From: Tubulanus polymorphus
Lineage: Eukaryota > Animalia > Nemertea
Direction: 5' to 3'
Length of the DNA stretch: 64,000 bases
NCBI RefSeq assembly: GCF_964204645.1
Contig: NC_134033.1
Coordinates: 7,448,655 to 7,512,654 of the forward strand
Under the pieces are notes generated by a model. The model did no database searches, was not told the origin of the DNA, and worked only from the letters and a program-made list of their open reading frames with translations. This document shows positions 44,329 through 57,100 of the stretch, piece after piece; within the stretch, counting starts at the first letter, position 1, and every line of letters starts with the position of its first letter. The position numbers and the translations under genes were made by a program.

Positions 44329-45118
44329 AGGTTGATATCTGCAGAAGTTTAACTGGCCTCGCAGGGCAGGTTGATATCGGAAGTCAAACTGCAGCAATGA
44401 AACTGGCCTCTCAGGGCAGGTTGATATTGGAAGTCAAACTGCAGCAGTTGAACTGGTCTCTCAGGGCATGTGATTCTCACTGCAGCAGTTAAATTGGCCT
44501 CTCAGGGCAGGTTGATATCTGCAGAAGTTTAACTGGCCTCTCAGGGCAGGCTTATATCGGAAGTCAAACTGCAGCAGTTGAACTGGCCTCTCAGGGCAGG
44601 TTGATATCTGCAGAAGTTTAACTGGCCTCTCAGGGCAGGCTGATATCGGAAGTCAAACTGCAGCAGTTGAACTGGCCTCTCAGGGCAGGTTGATCAGAAC
44701 TCAAACCGCAGCAATGAAACTGCTGGCCTCTCATGGCAGGTTGATATTGGAAGTCAAACTGCAGTAGTTGAGCTGGCCTCTCAGGACAGGTGATGTCAGT
44801 AGTAGGGAATAAGTTGTTTCAAGCCAAAGGTCGAAAAGGTCGAAAAATAAATTCTCGCACACTCGAATTTATTTTCCGACCTTTCAACCTTTGACTTGAA
44901 ACAACTTATTCCCTATCACTCTTAAAATATTAATCTAATAACTTCTAAAATCAATTTTAATAAAAAATTTGATATTAAAATGGAGAGTAGTAAACAAGTA
45001 CACAGTGAGAACAACAAATCATTTCTAGATAGAATAAAAGATATCACAAATGTAAAATCTGTAGATTATAAATTTAAAAAGTTAACAGAATTAACAATTC
45101 ATAAGAAATATTTAATTA
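44329..45118 (+). repeat. 790-bp near-identical duplicate of 34256-35045 (minisatellite + Polinton terminus + truncated small gene)
   Basis: Constant offset of 10,073 bp; unit-specific variants are shared. Confidence 0.93.
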
Positions 45119-45407
45119 ATTTAGCCGGACGAGGATCATCAAAATTTATATTTCTCTTGGTATGGATGTTTGATGCTTTCACTGGTGAACCTATAACATA
45201 CAATATGAATTCATGGACAGTTTTTTTGCTCATAATTATTAGGGGTCTGTCAATATAATTTGAATTTTAAATGAATGTGATCATAAATTATTTCTCAAAC
45301 TTACCATCATATTTCTGTTTTGGTTTATGGAATGTTTGTAAATTTTCTGTACATGACTTCCCGATGAGTAGCTCTCCATTTTGCGTGAAATTTTCCAGCA
45401 TAATCAT

Positions 45408-48400
45408 TACTGCTGCTAGATGTTTGCACGTCAAATATTCTGTTACCAATAAATTTAGGATATGTTTGTAATACCTTATCCTTTTGCCATTACTTACTAA
45501 CTCAATATCATATCTATTTCTAATATTTTCACAAGTCTTACCATAGAATGTATTATTCATTAGTTTGAAGAAATCTTTCTCGAAATCAGTTTTAACTTTA
45601 GTTCTCTGTTTGGTGTTAAAATCTATATATTTTTCTAACCATTTAGATTGACTGAATGAAATATATATATGTACTTTTTTTAGAACCATTCCTTGATTCA
45701 AATAAAATTTCAACATTCTATAATGTACTACATAATTAAATTCATCTTCCTGAGTTACCATTAACTTTTCTGTAAGAATATGATTATCGGGTTTAATTCT
45801 TTTTTGATAATTTGATAATTCTTCATGTGTAACAGTTTTATGTTCGGGCCAGTAAGCTAGATTTCTGGATTTAAATCTTTTATCTTCAGGATATTCCAAG
45901 TCTACAACAAAGAAGTAACCAGTATCTGAATCATCTGCAATATCTAGAATTCTTTTCTTCCAATCAAATTTATCATTATTTTCATACTGTAAAACTTCAG
46001 TTATTTCAAATACTCCATAAGGCTGAGGTTCGATCATTGCCCAACCATATAGATTATTTGCATCTATATATAATAATTTATATCCAGGGTCATCATTTAA
46101 ATTCAAATATCTATCACCTAATACACCTGAAACTCCTCCTCTTATAGATTTTTCAAATAATAATAATTGATCTATATTTGTTAACAAATCCATTTTTATA
46201 TCTGTAAATTTTAAACCACAATCCCAAGTTAAACCTGGGCTAGAATAACAATGGCAAGGATCAATATTAAAATATTCTAGGTTTACATCGCTAAACCTTT
46301 CGAATATATCAGTTAATAATAATACATCTGATTTTAAGTATAAATCAACTAATTGTCCATGATTCATTATTTTGAAATGATTCCAAATATTCAATGTTCT
46401 ATTATAAACTTCATCTTTAACATATTCATTTTTTAATTCATCATAGAATTGTTCTTTTAATAATTCAGTTACATTGAAATCCTTATGATTTTCATAAAAT
46501 GAATATGGAATTGCTCCCTTATATCTCATTAATTGAAAATCATCATTATTTGGATAATGTTGCTTTAATATATTTAATTCATCATCAACTAATGATTTTG
46601 ATAAATTATCTAATGAACTACTCAAAAATCTTAATGAATCTATAAATCTTAGACACCCAAATTGGAAAGATATATAGTTCTCAGATGTTTTAGCTAACAT
46701 TTTAAATTTATATGTTGGTATTTTATCTTTTGATCTATTTGAATTTAATCTTTCTATTTCATTATTGATTTCTTCTATTTTATGGCATAACTGTTTGATA
46801 AATAAATGAGCATCATACCCTGATAAATTATGAAAGATAACTGGAACAAAGTTAATTTTCTTTGCTTGCAAATTACAATTCTCATGCGCTGCGCCTCTAA
46901 ATTTACCATTCAAATGATCATGATCTCTTACTTTTTTATCTTTAAAATCATATATCTTTTCACAATAATAACATTTATCTGCGAAATCAAATTCTTCTTT
47001 ATCTTCTTTATTTGTATCTAATAGTTTACTAAATTTGATTTCATATTCAATTCATAAGTCACAAAAATGATTAATAACATTTTCATTTCTATAATTATAA
47101 TATTCACTTTTGATTAGTACTGGATAATCAGATTTAATATATAACCCGAAAGCTGCAGCTGATTGATGAATCTTTTTAATAGTATTTGTTATTAGAGGAT
47201 CTGAATAATCAATTACATCATTTTCATGAGGATTTAATTTCTTTCTTTTATAATATATTTCTTTTATATCTTGATCAGTTAATTCTTTATTCGATGATTC
47301 AAAATCCCCATATATTACAAATGGTACTTAATTCTTGTAATCATATTTTTTGAATTCTAATACTTTAGGCCAAAAAAAGATGCCTTGTTTCTCATCACAC
47401 TTTTGTTTTTTACCATGACGAGGGCGGGCGGTTTTTATGTACTTTAAAAAAAAAAGAAATAAAAAGAACTGTTTGAATTTTTTTTGGAGATGCGGGAGGA
47501 GTCTTTTTATTTTTATTATATCAATAAAAATATCCCTCTGACATATTTTCTTCAGATGCAGGAGGTAGTTTGTTATTTTTATTAACTGGAAAATCACTGC
47601 TTAATCCTGGAAATGATTGGTGAATCCTGAAAATCCATTGCAACACATCAAATAAAAAAAGAGTAAACTTCAAAATTAAACAATGAAAATATTCTATTAA
47701 CCATAAAATGTTACAAAATTGCTATTTCTAAGGCTAATAGCCTTAGAAATAGCAATTTCACGCATTACTTCACTAAGTGTCAAGTTTGAGTAAGAACCGG
47801 CCAACGCATTTTCGAAAAGTTCCATCACTGTTGACTCTGGAGATACTTGTAGAATTGGCCAACGTAGTATTGGCTTCTTTTGGAATATTATTTGAACAGA
47901 TAGCAACATCTTGGACGCTATTAGCACCACATTTTACCAAGAGAAATCGCTTCGAAATAAGAATCACGCCAGAAATCAAGCTCCACAGCGACCTTGGCAT
48001 TTGACATTTAGGCCTACGGTAACTGACTCCGTTGATATGGGTTCGGGTCACCAGTGTGGTGCCGATGATATTTATACGATCAACTTTTCTCGATACGTTC
48101 ATAGAGAAACGATACAAAGATGACGATATGCGTATTATATCAATACGGGCGGGTAGATTTTAATTTTTATAAAGAACAAATTTATTTTCGAGCTATGATG
48201 CGGGAGGGCGGACTTTACTTTTATCGCTAATTTGCCGATGATTTTTCCGATGCGGGCGAGATTTCAAAATCATGAGAAACAAGACATCTTTTTTTTGGCC
48301 TTATCCTTTTCATTTGGTAAAATCATTTTACAATAATCATGGTTATCACATAATTAATTATGATTTAATAATGCACTTTCAGTTCTGAATTTAGTTATAC

Positions 48401-49695
48401 ATTTTCTACATAGATATATTTTATTATCAAAATCATTTTCTTATTTGAAAAATCAACCAATTTGTTTTATCCACATATATAATTCTCATAATATAATATA
48501 TCTATAACACCATTTGAATCATAATCTGTTGATAAATACAAAGGTTCTAATGTATAATGTTTAATATCATTACCTTTTGTTTTTGGTAATTTGATTAAAT
48601 CAAATACATTTATCTTTAAATTATTATCTCTTTCTATTTTTGGAATATTTTTTATTCTAACAGGATAACTGTTTATCTTATAATTATTTTCAAATAATTT
48701 ATAATGTGTAAATCTAAAACTATGTTGTTTATAATCTTCAACTGGATGTAAACAACTTATCCATAGAAAAAACTTGTCCATAGAAAACATTTATCATCAA
48801 AATTTTGAACATTGATAACAGCATTAGTTTTAAATGTTAGTTTAATATAACTTGACCCATTAATATTATCATCTTTATGATATGATAAATTATTTTCATC
48901 TATTGGTTTTGATTTAGTTAACTTATTATATTTTGTGTTATAAACATGTTAAGTCATAAATATTATTTCATCAAATATTAAACCAGATCCTTCAAAATAT
49001 TTCTCTTCTATTTTACTTTTTATTTCATTATAACATTTATTTAATCTATCATCTATATGTTTTTTTACATATGATATGTTGTGAATGGGAATTTATATTA
49101 TATATTGGTTTATCTTCAGATTTTAAAAATTTAACTTAAGAAGATATACTAATTTTAGGGTATTCAACATCAGTAATTATTCTTATAATATTCTTCATAT
49201 TTTTTATTTTCTTCTAATGTGTTAACTTTATGAAATTAAAACTCGATAGCAGCTGGACCAATATCACTTTTAAATGCTTCAGTAGTTTCAATATCTTTTT
49301 TATTATCTAATGAATTAATATAATTTCTAACATCTTCCATGTATGGTCTTTTATTGTTTAATTTATTTTTTATGCTTTTAATTGTCTTCTGTTTCTTATC
49401 ATTATCTTTATCAAAATAATCTTCACCTAAAATATCATTATTCATATTTCTAATATGACCTTTAGATTAAATGTTGTTCATAATATCTTTTGTTACTGAA
49501 TGATTGATTACATGTATAACATATGTATGTTTCTTTTTCATACTTTAATTCATCTAATTTAGTTTCTTATATATCATCTTTATATTCTAATTTCAATTTA
49601 TTTTCTAAGTGAGATTTAGTTTTATTGTGTCTTGCTTTTTGAGATTTATCTATCTTGATTTTACATGTCGGGCAGTAGTACTTATTTGCTTCCTT
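45408..49695 (-). pseudogene. polB: pPolB pseudogene
   Basis: ORF pieces 45288-46913, 48467-48790 and 49236-49445 match the element-1 pPolB; multiple frameshifts; interrupted by a DNA transposon. Confidence 0.93.
47368..48300. mobile_element. Non-autonomous PIF/Harbinger-type DNA transposon, 933 bp
   Basis: TIRs GGCCAAAAAAAGATG.CTTGTTTCTCAT; 3-bp TSD TTA (47365-47367, 48301-48303); excision restores polB PNEKDKVLEFKKY. Confidence 0.85.
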
Positions 49696-49762
49696 TTTAA
49701 TACTTATTAAAGTACTTCCATTTTTATACTTAAATTATTTATTAAAATTGATTTTACATATT

Positions 49763-50100
49763 TTATTCAAAATCTATATCATGGTGCCCTTTTTCATTCT
49801 TACCCTTGTATATGAAATAGAAATCACCAGAATATAATTCTTCTAAATCTTCACTTGATAATCTATGAAATCTATCTTGTAAATATGTTCTGAATTTATA
49901 TTTATTTCCTTTCAATCCTTGTTATTCTAAGTGAATAATTTATCTCCATATTTGTTAGTAACTGTATCAATATTTGTAATTAAATATTTCTTTTGAATTG
50001 TTAATTCTGTTAACTTCTTAAATTTATAATCTACAGATTTTACATTTGTAATATCTTTGATTCTATTTAAGAATTCACTGTGTATTTGTTTACTCTCCAT
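49763..50100 (-). pseudogene. Frameshifted homologue of the 113-aa Polinton protein
   Basis: MESKQIHSEFLNRIKDITNVKSVDYKF...; small deletion and stop. Confidence 0.88.
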
Positions 50101-50279
50101 TTTAATAACATATTTTTTATTAAAATTGATTTTAGAAGGTATTAGATGAATATTTTAAGAGTAATAGGGAATAAGTTGTTTCAAGTCAAAGGTTGAAAGG
50201 TCGGAAAATAAATTCGAGTGTGCGAGAATTTATTTTTCGACCTTTCGACCATCAAGGTATTCAACCCCTGGTATTCAAA

Positions 50280-51113
50280 CAGGAAGTTTTGAAAACGATA
50301 TAACAGTAAATGGGTCAAATCTTGAATATTTCCCAGTTGAATCAAAAGAAACTTGGAGGGATGTGAAAATAAATCCAGACTTAGAGGGTGATAAACGCGC
50401 GGAATTAGAAATATTGATATATGAATTTAGAAATGTATTTTCAGATATACCTACTCAAACCGATCTAGATATACTGCATATTGAATTAACATCTGATATA
50501 TCGATGTCAAAAACTATATCCGGTACCATTTGCTCTTCAAGAGAAAATGAACCAGGAGGTATCAGACATGCAAAAGATGGGCATAATTGAGGATTCGAGA
50601 AGTAAATACTCGAGTACGCCTGTCTGCGTTCGTAAGTCGGACAATTCTAACCGATATTGTATCGATTTTCGTAAACTAAACTCGATTACAAAATTTCTCC
50701 CGGAGACAGTATCTGATCAAGAGTTAATTTTGTCTACCTAGGAAAAGCAAAGATTTATAGCAAGATCGATTTAGCAAAAGGCTATTGGTCAATCCCTATG
50801 TGCGATTGCTGTAAACACTTGATGGCATTCCAAACGGAACACGGCTTGAAATATTTCCGTGTCATGCCATTTGGTCTTGTTAATAGTGGGGCTGTATTTT
50901 GTAGAATGATGCGAAAATTACTGAAGGATATTGAAGATGTCAAAAACTTCATAGACGATTTAATAATCGGTAATCTAAATTGGGATGGACATCTTGGTAC
51001 TCTTCGGGAAATTTTTATCCGATTAAGAGAACACAATATCAAAGCGCGTCCATCAAAGTGTAATTCGGATATGACAAAATGGATTTTGTAGGTAGTGATA
51101 TTGGAAACGGTAT
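50280..51113 (+). pseudogene. pol: Decayed Gypsy RT; continues at 57458-57960 (RNase H) after the BEL insertion
   Basis: YCIDFRKLN, IDLAKGYW, MPFGL, FIDDLII; ETRYSTIEKECLA and VDHQPL after the insertion. Confidence 0.88.
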
Positions 51114-54100
51114 TGTCGGCAAAACCAACTAACGGCAAAGAATTGAGAGGCGAAGAGTTGGTTGTCAAGCTGAAGTCTATATTTTAACTGCACCACATTT
51201 ACAAATTACATGGGTTTATATAGTAAGGTAAGTTTACAAGAATAAAGTTTGCTATAGAAAAATAGTGCCAGACACTGACTTTGCACAATAACTTGGACCC
51301 GGGTGAACTATATTACAATACACATACTTGGAGTTCATGCAACCATAAACATACTGGGAATTAATACGGCGAACAACAGATTGAAGAATCAATATAAAAT
51401 AAACGACCGTGAAGCGGGCATAATAATGCGATAAATCTGTAACATTTCCTCCAGCTCAAAACATGATGCAGAACAATATTTAAAAATACTATATCAAATT
51501 TTAACTTCGAATCAAGCGACGACGTCTACGACTACGATTTCAGTCTTTAACTGTCTACAGCACGACGCAAAACGGTTCGTTTTTCAAATGTCCGACTTTT
51601 CGAGGACACAAAGCTTGCTGACAGGACGACGCAACAAACCTGTGGATAATTTGACCTCGGCGGATCGGACGACTCCATCGGCTCCAGGAAAAACGTCTAC
51701 TATGCGACCAAGCTTCCAGTAGCTGCGCGGGCACCTATCGTCTACGACGAGAACGACATCTCCAATTTCCAGGTTTCGCGTCTGACGAGTCCACTTGCTA
51801 CGTCTGATCAGAGTCGGGACATACTCCTTTCTCCATCTCTGCCAGAAGTGATCAGCGAGAGTCTGTGCTTGCTTCCAGCGGCGTTGGTGACTAACAGCTA
51901 CATCAGAAATCACCGGTGACAAATTAGGACTGGATCTCCCCAACAGAAAGTGACACGGTGTTAGCGCTGACGGACAGATATCGTTCGCGTCGGTGTAGGT
52001 TAGCGGACGCGAGTTCAGCACGGCTTCGACCTCCACAAGAACAGTGTGTAGCACCTCATCTGTTGGAGTAAGGTTTCCGATGACAACCTTCAAGCACTTC
52101 TTAACGGATGAAACCAAGCGCTCCCAGACGCCTCCCATATGGCTGGCTGTCGGCGGGTTGTAGAACCATTGGATCTGGCGTTGAGACATCTCATCATTGA
52201 TACGCTGCTGGTTCAGAGCATCTAGCGAATGACGTAACTCTCTCTCCCCAGACTTTAGGTTGGTTCCGTTATCCGAGTATACAGTGGCTGGACGACCTCG
52301 ACGGGCGATGAAGCGGCGAAAAGACATCAGGAAACTGTCTGTGTCCAGTGAATGGCTAACTTCAATGTGGACAGCTCTGGTTGACAGGCAGGTAACTAGG
52401 AGACCATATCTCTTCTCTGTCTTGCGGAAGCGGCGGACATCAAACGGACCAAAGTAGTCGATCCCAATACAGCTGAATGGGAAGCTTGTGTTGAAACGGG
52501 CAGCAGGCAAATCTGACATCAATGGAACTTCAGGCTGGACACGCCTCAACTTGCACTTCATGCACTGGCGCACAATCTTCTTAACGGTAGAACGGGCTCT
52601 CGGAACGTAATACTCTTGACGGACTTCGTTTAAAGTATGCTCTGGACCTTCATGCATCAGGAGGACGTGGATAGCTGTGACAATCAGACGGGTGACATCA
52701 TGACTTCTTGGCAGTATCATCGGGAACTTGACAGCGACATCAACATCAGCATTCTTCAAACGACCGCGTGCTCTCAGGATTCCATCTTCATCTATGGTAG
52801 GACACAGCTGTAGGAGTTTGCTGGAACGAGCGATCTTCTTCTGAGCTTTGATAGCAGAGTATTCTTCTGGAAAACCATCTTCTTGGGCAGACTTTATGAC
52901 TAAGAACCTGGCAGCATCCATTTCGGTGGCAGTAAGCGGACCAATTCTGCAACTGGACTTCTTGATCTGCGAACCAGCATTCCGGATGAACCTCAGGACA
53001 CAAGCGACAACTCTGCGGTATCGAGTCCAGGACGAAAAACGAGAAGGATCTAGTACATGGTTGGCTTTCGTCCGAGCGGTGACGTTGACGGATCTTCTGA
53101 TTTCCGGATCATTTGTATCCAGGTTGACAATAGGCAGCGACACATCTGGCCAACTATCTTCCGACTGGTACAGGAAAACTGGCGCTTGAAACCATCTCTC
53201 AGCAAGGGCAGCAGCTGGTATACCTCTGGAACAATCATCAGCCGGGTTTTGACTCCCCGGTACATGGCGCCATTGTTTGGGAATGGTAGAGTCGTGGATT
53301 TCGGCAACCCGAACGGCAACAAACATGTGGAACCTCTTGCTTTCATTCGACACGTAGGACAGGACCACCTTACTGTCTGACCAGTACAACGTTTCGTCAA
53401 TATGGCACGTAACTTCCTTCTTTATGGATTCACCAAGTCGTACAGCTAGGACTGCAGCCTGTAACTCCAGACGGACTATCGACATCTTCTTCAGAGGGGC
53501 AACTCTAGTTTTGCTCATGACAAAACAGCATCGGGTGGTACCATCTGGCATCATCATTCGGAAATAAGCGACAGCACCGAAGGCTTTTTCCGATGCGTCG
53601 CAGAACAGGTGGAGTTCTCTTCTTACAGGCTCAACATCTGTGGGCTTGAAGCATCTTGGGATCGTGACTTCTGACAGCTTGGGCAGGTCTTGTAAGAGCT
53701 CTCTCCACTGGACAACATCTTCTTCTGGCAATTCAGCATCCCAGTGTAACTTCCTGGACCATGTAGCTTGCATCTGGATTTTGGCTCTGATGATGACAGG
53801 TGCTATCATACCAAACGGGTCAAAAATCGAGGATATTAGCCTGAGTAGTTCTCGACGGGAAAATCTCTTCAGCTCCAGACTAGGCAGCTTGATACCAATT
53901 TCATCCGTCTCAGCATTCCACCAGACACCTAAGGCTCGCTCGGAGGGTAGACGATCAGTGGCGACATCTACGGACAGCTCTCCTGGTGGAAGGGCTTGGA
54001 TGACTTCTCTGCTGTTGCTTAGCAACTTGGTCAGTCGGAAACCTCCATGGCGTACAGCTCGAGTAACATCTTGTACCATTCTGGTTGCTTCGGGTGGCGT

Positions 54101-57100
54101 AGTCTCTGAGTGTAGAAAATCGTCCATATAGAAGTCTCGTAGAATGGCGTCTCGGACATCTGCAGCGACCCCTGGCTCGTCAGCGGTTTTCCGAAGGGCA
54201 AAACAAGCTATGGCTGCTGAGCACCGGGCACCAAAGATATTTACGACCATCTGGTATGCATCGGGCTCTCGGTCTTCAAGATCTCTCCACAGGAAACTTA
54301 AGGCAGGCTGGTCTTCTTCAGCAATCTTCACCTGGTGGTACATTGCCTCAATATCACCCATAACAGCAACAGGCTCTTGCCGAAATCTCAGCAAAATCCC
54401 TGGTAATCTTTGAAGGAAATCTGGACCGGACATCAACTGGTTGTTGAGGGAGACTCCCTGGTAACTGGATGCTGCATCAAAGACCACACGCAACTTCTTC
54501 TTCTTGGGGTTGCAGACAGCATGATGCGGTAGGAACCATCGCTTCGGGCTTGGAACATCGGCTTCTTTGGCAGTCAGTTTTCTGGCATAGCCCTTCTCTA
54601 GGTAGGTCTGAAAAGTCTTGCTGTAAGCGTCTGTCTTCTTAGCGTCATTCTTCAGCATCTTTTCCACACTTCGAAGTCGGTTGAGGGCACATGGTTTGTT
54701 GTCTGGTAACTTCACATCGGACCTTTGCCATAACAGCTTCGTCACATAATGACCATCCACGAGGTGAGTATTGTCTTCCAGCATCTTCTGAGCTCTCGTA
54801 TCTTCAAGTGACTGAACTTCCATCTTGCTGTACTTCACACCAAACGACTCTGTTGACCACCATTCTCTGACAAGCGCCGTCAGTTCGTCATTTTCTTCGT
54901 TGGATTTCTTAAAGAGGTACACGCTTGGACTGGAGCCTGCTGGTGACAGGAAGTTACAGGTACGACCAGTAAGCGCCCAACCAAAATCTGTACGGACAGC
55001 TATGGGCTGATTTGGCTTCCCCACTCTTGATTCATGCTGGACTATGGCTTCGGTGACATTGGCTCCAAGGAGAACTTGAACATCAGAGATATCTGGCGAC
55101 GAGACTTCTATGTCATCAAGATGCGACCAGCTTTGCTTCGGTTTCAGTCGAGTGTGAGCAACAGGAATCTTCAGGGCAGGAACGGACCATACTTCGTCTA
55201 CATTTATCAGCTTCTGTGTGCTACCACTTGCGAGCGGGGCGACATCTAGCTTCACCAACTTCACTGCTCTCTGGCATCCTTGACCTTCAACTGTATTCAG
55301 CCGCAGCATCTTGTCTTCACCATCTAGACCAAGTTGATCAACGATTTCTTGACTGCATAAAGACGTCTGCGAACCAGGATCCAAGACAGCAAATGTGTCG
55401 ACAAATTTACCATCGTCACCATGGAGACGGAGAGGAACGACTTGCAGAAGGACTTCGTCACTTACAGCAGGTTTCCTGGCTAAGGTGTAAACTAGCTTCT
55501 TAGGTGGATCTTCTTGCGGTTTCTTGTCTGCAACGGGCTGAGGCACGGTCCCCGTTGACGGCTGTGAGCTCCCTTCCGAGCTTGGACGACGCGGATATAT
55601 GCGGCTGCTTCCATGTAGCAGTGGGTGATGTCTCTCTGAGCAACCTGCACTTGTACATACTTTCTTTGACCGACACTGGCGTGAACGGTGACCCCAGCGG
55701 AGGCAGGAGAAACACCGGCCATTGCTTGCAGCAAACTTCGCTCTGTCATCTGGCAATAAGGACGTGAAGACTGGACAATTCGTCAGGACGTGGTCACCTT
55801 TACAGCTTGGGCAGACTTCGGGCTTAGACTGGCTGAACTGTGAACTGCTGGAACCAGTGGCAAGTGAAGACACATCAACTTCAGTGTTGTTCACGGACTT
55901 GAACGGCGTGGACTTCGGGCCTCGGGATGAACGGTCATCTGGCTTTGCTACATCTGCATAGCTGAGTAGAATTCGAAGCTGCAGAGCTAACCATTCACTG
56001 AAGTCGAGTAAAGTCGAACGTTGAGCTCGGTTTTCCAATTCTAGGACCTGCTTCCCCCAGTCTCGTTTCAGATCTAGTGGTAATTTTTGGACAGCGCGGC
56101 GCAGGTTTTCGGCACTGGCGAGGTCACCATGAAACCCAAGTGTCTGTAGCGTGGTTACGGCTGAATGAACTGCTCCTTGGTAACTTTCGAGGGCTGTGGC
56201 GTCATGTGCTTTCAGCTGGGGATGGTCAAACACGACTCTGAAACAGGCATGGACAACATCATCCTCTTTCCCGTAACGGTTCATCAGGGCTTCAAGGGCA
56301 TGGTGGTACAGGCGTCCATCATACAGCATACCAGCAATCAGCTTTTGCGGTGGACCTTCTACGGAGTTCTGTAGGTGCGCCATCTTCTCATCGTCTGCTA
56401 GCGAGTCTTGGCGATGGATGATAGAACAGAACAAACCAAACCATCTTGGCCAGTCTGCAGAGTCACCTCGAAAAACGGGCAGTTTCAGCTTGGGTACGGA
56501 TTTCGCAAACGTTGAACTGCGTGGTCTTGGCGCTGCTGGCTGGAACGGCGTTGGTGGTAACGGCTCTGGACGTGGCGAGGGCGTACGTCTAGGCGGTGTT
56601 GTCGGTGCTGGCGGCCATCTAGGTTGGTAACTATCAGTATACGTGGACATCTGTGGCAATCGTGATGGTGCAGGAATCGGACGTGGCATCGACAAGTATG
56701 GCATATGTGTCACTCTCGGTGGCGACGTCTGGTGTCTGAGGTCTTCTGAAGGCAGTTCATCGACGGTCTCAACATCAGTTGGTGTTGGTGTTCGGGCCTC
56801 GAGGACGGCCGTCGTGATCTTCTCGACAGCTACTCGGTGTTTCCTGTATACTTCGGCCATATAATCGTCGGCATCTTGAACATCCGCGTCATCTACCAGT
56901 AAGGCTACCAACTCTTCATTAATCTCGTCGATGGCGTCAACATATTGGCCTATCTGCAACAGGACAGCTTTCAGATCTTTTCGGGTTGCAGTGATGGCTA
57001 TCAAGTCTTCAGCCTTCTGGCATTGACGCGTGAAGATACCCTTCTTAACCCCACGGGCTCGCCGCAGTTTCTTCAGCTTACCAGCTAACTCTTCCTCCAT

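Larger units (their letters stand above)
45408..50250 (-). mobile_element. Truncated, decayed Polinton relative: partial hairpin (50160-50250), small gene, pPolB
   Basis: Colinear homology to 576-3925 on the minus strand; gene order differs from element 1 (small gene upstream of polB). Confidence 0.93.

Noticed and set aside
44798-50250. Complete mini-Polinton bounded by inverted hairpin + small gene
   Set aside because: The left end is part of a duplication of 34256-35045, the two small-gene copies are different variants, the right hairpin is truncated and there is no TSD.
52260-56864. Short antisense and alternate-frame ORFs within BEL, Gypsy and Polinton genes
   Set aside because: Shadow ORFs of real coding sequences with no motifs.
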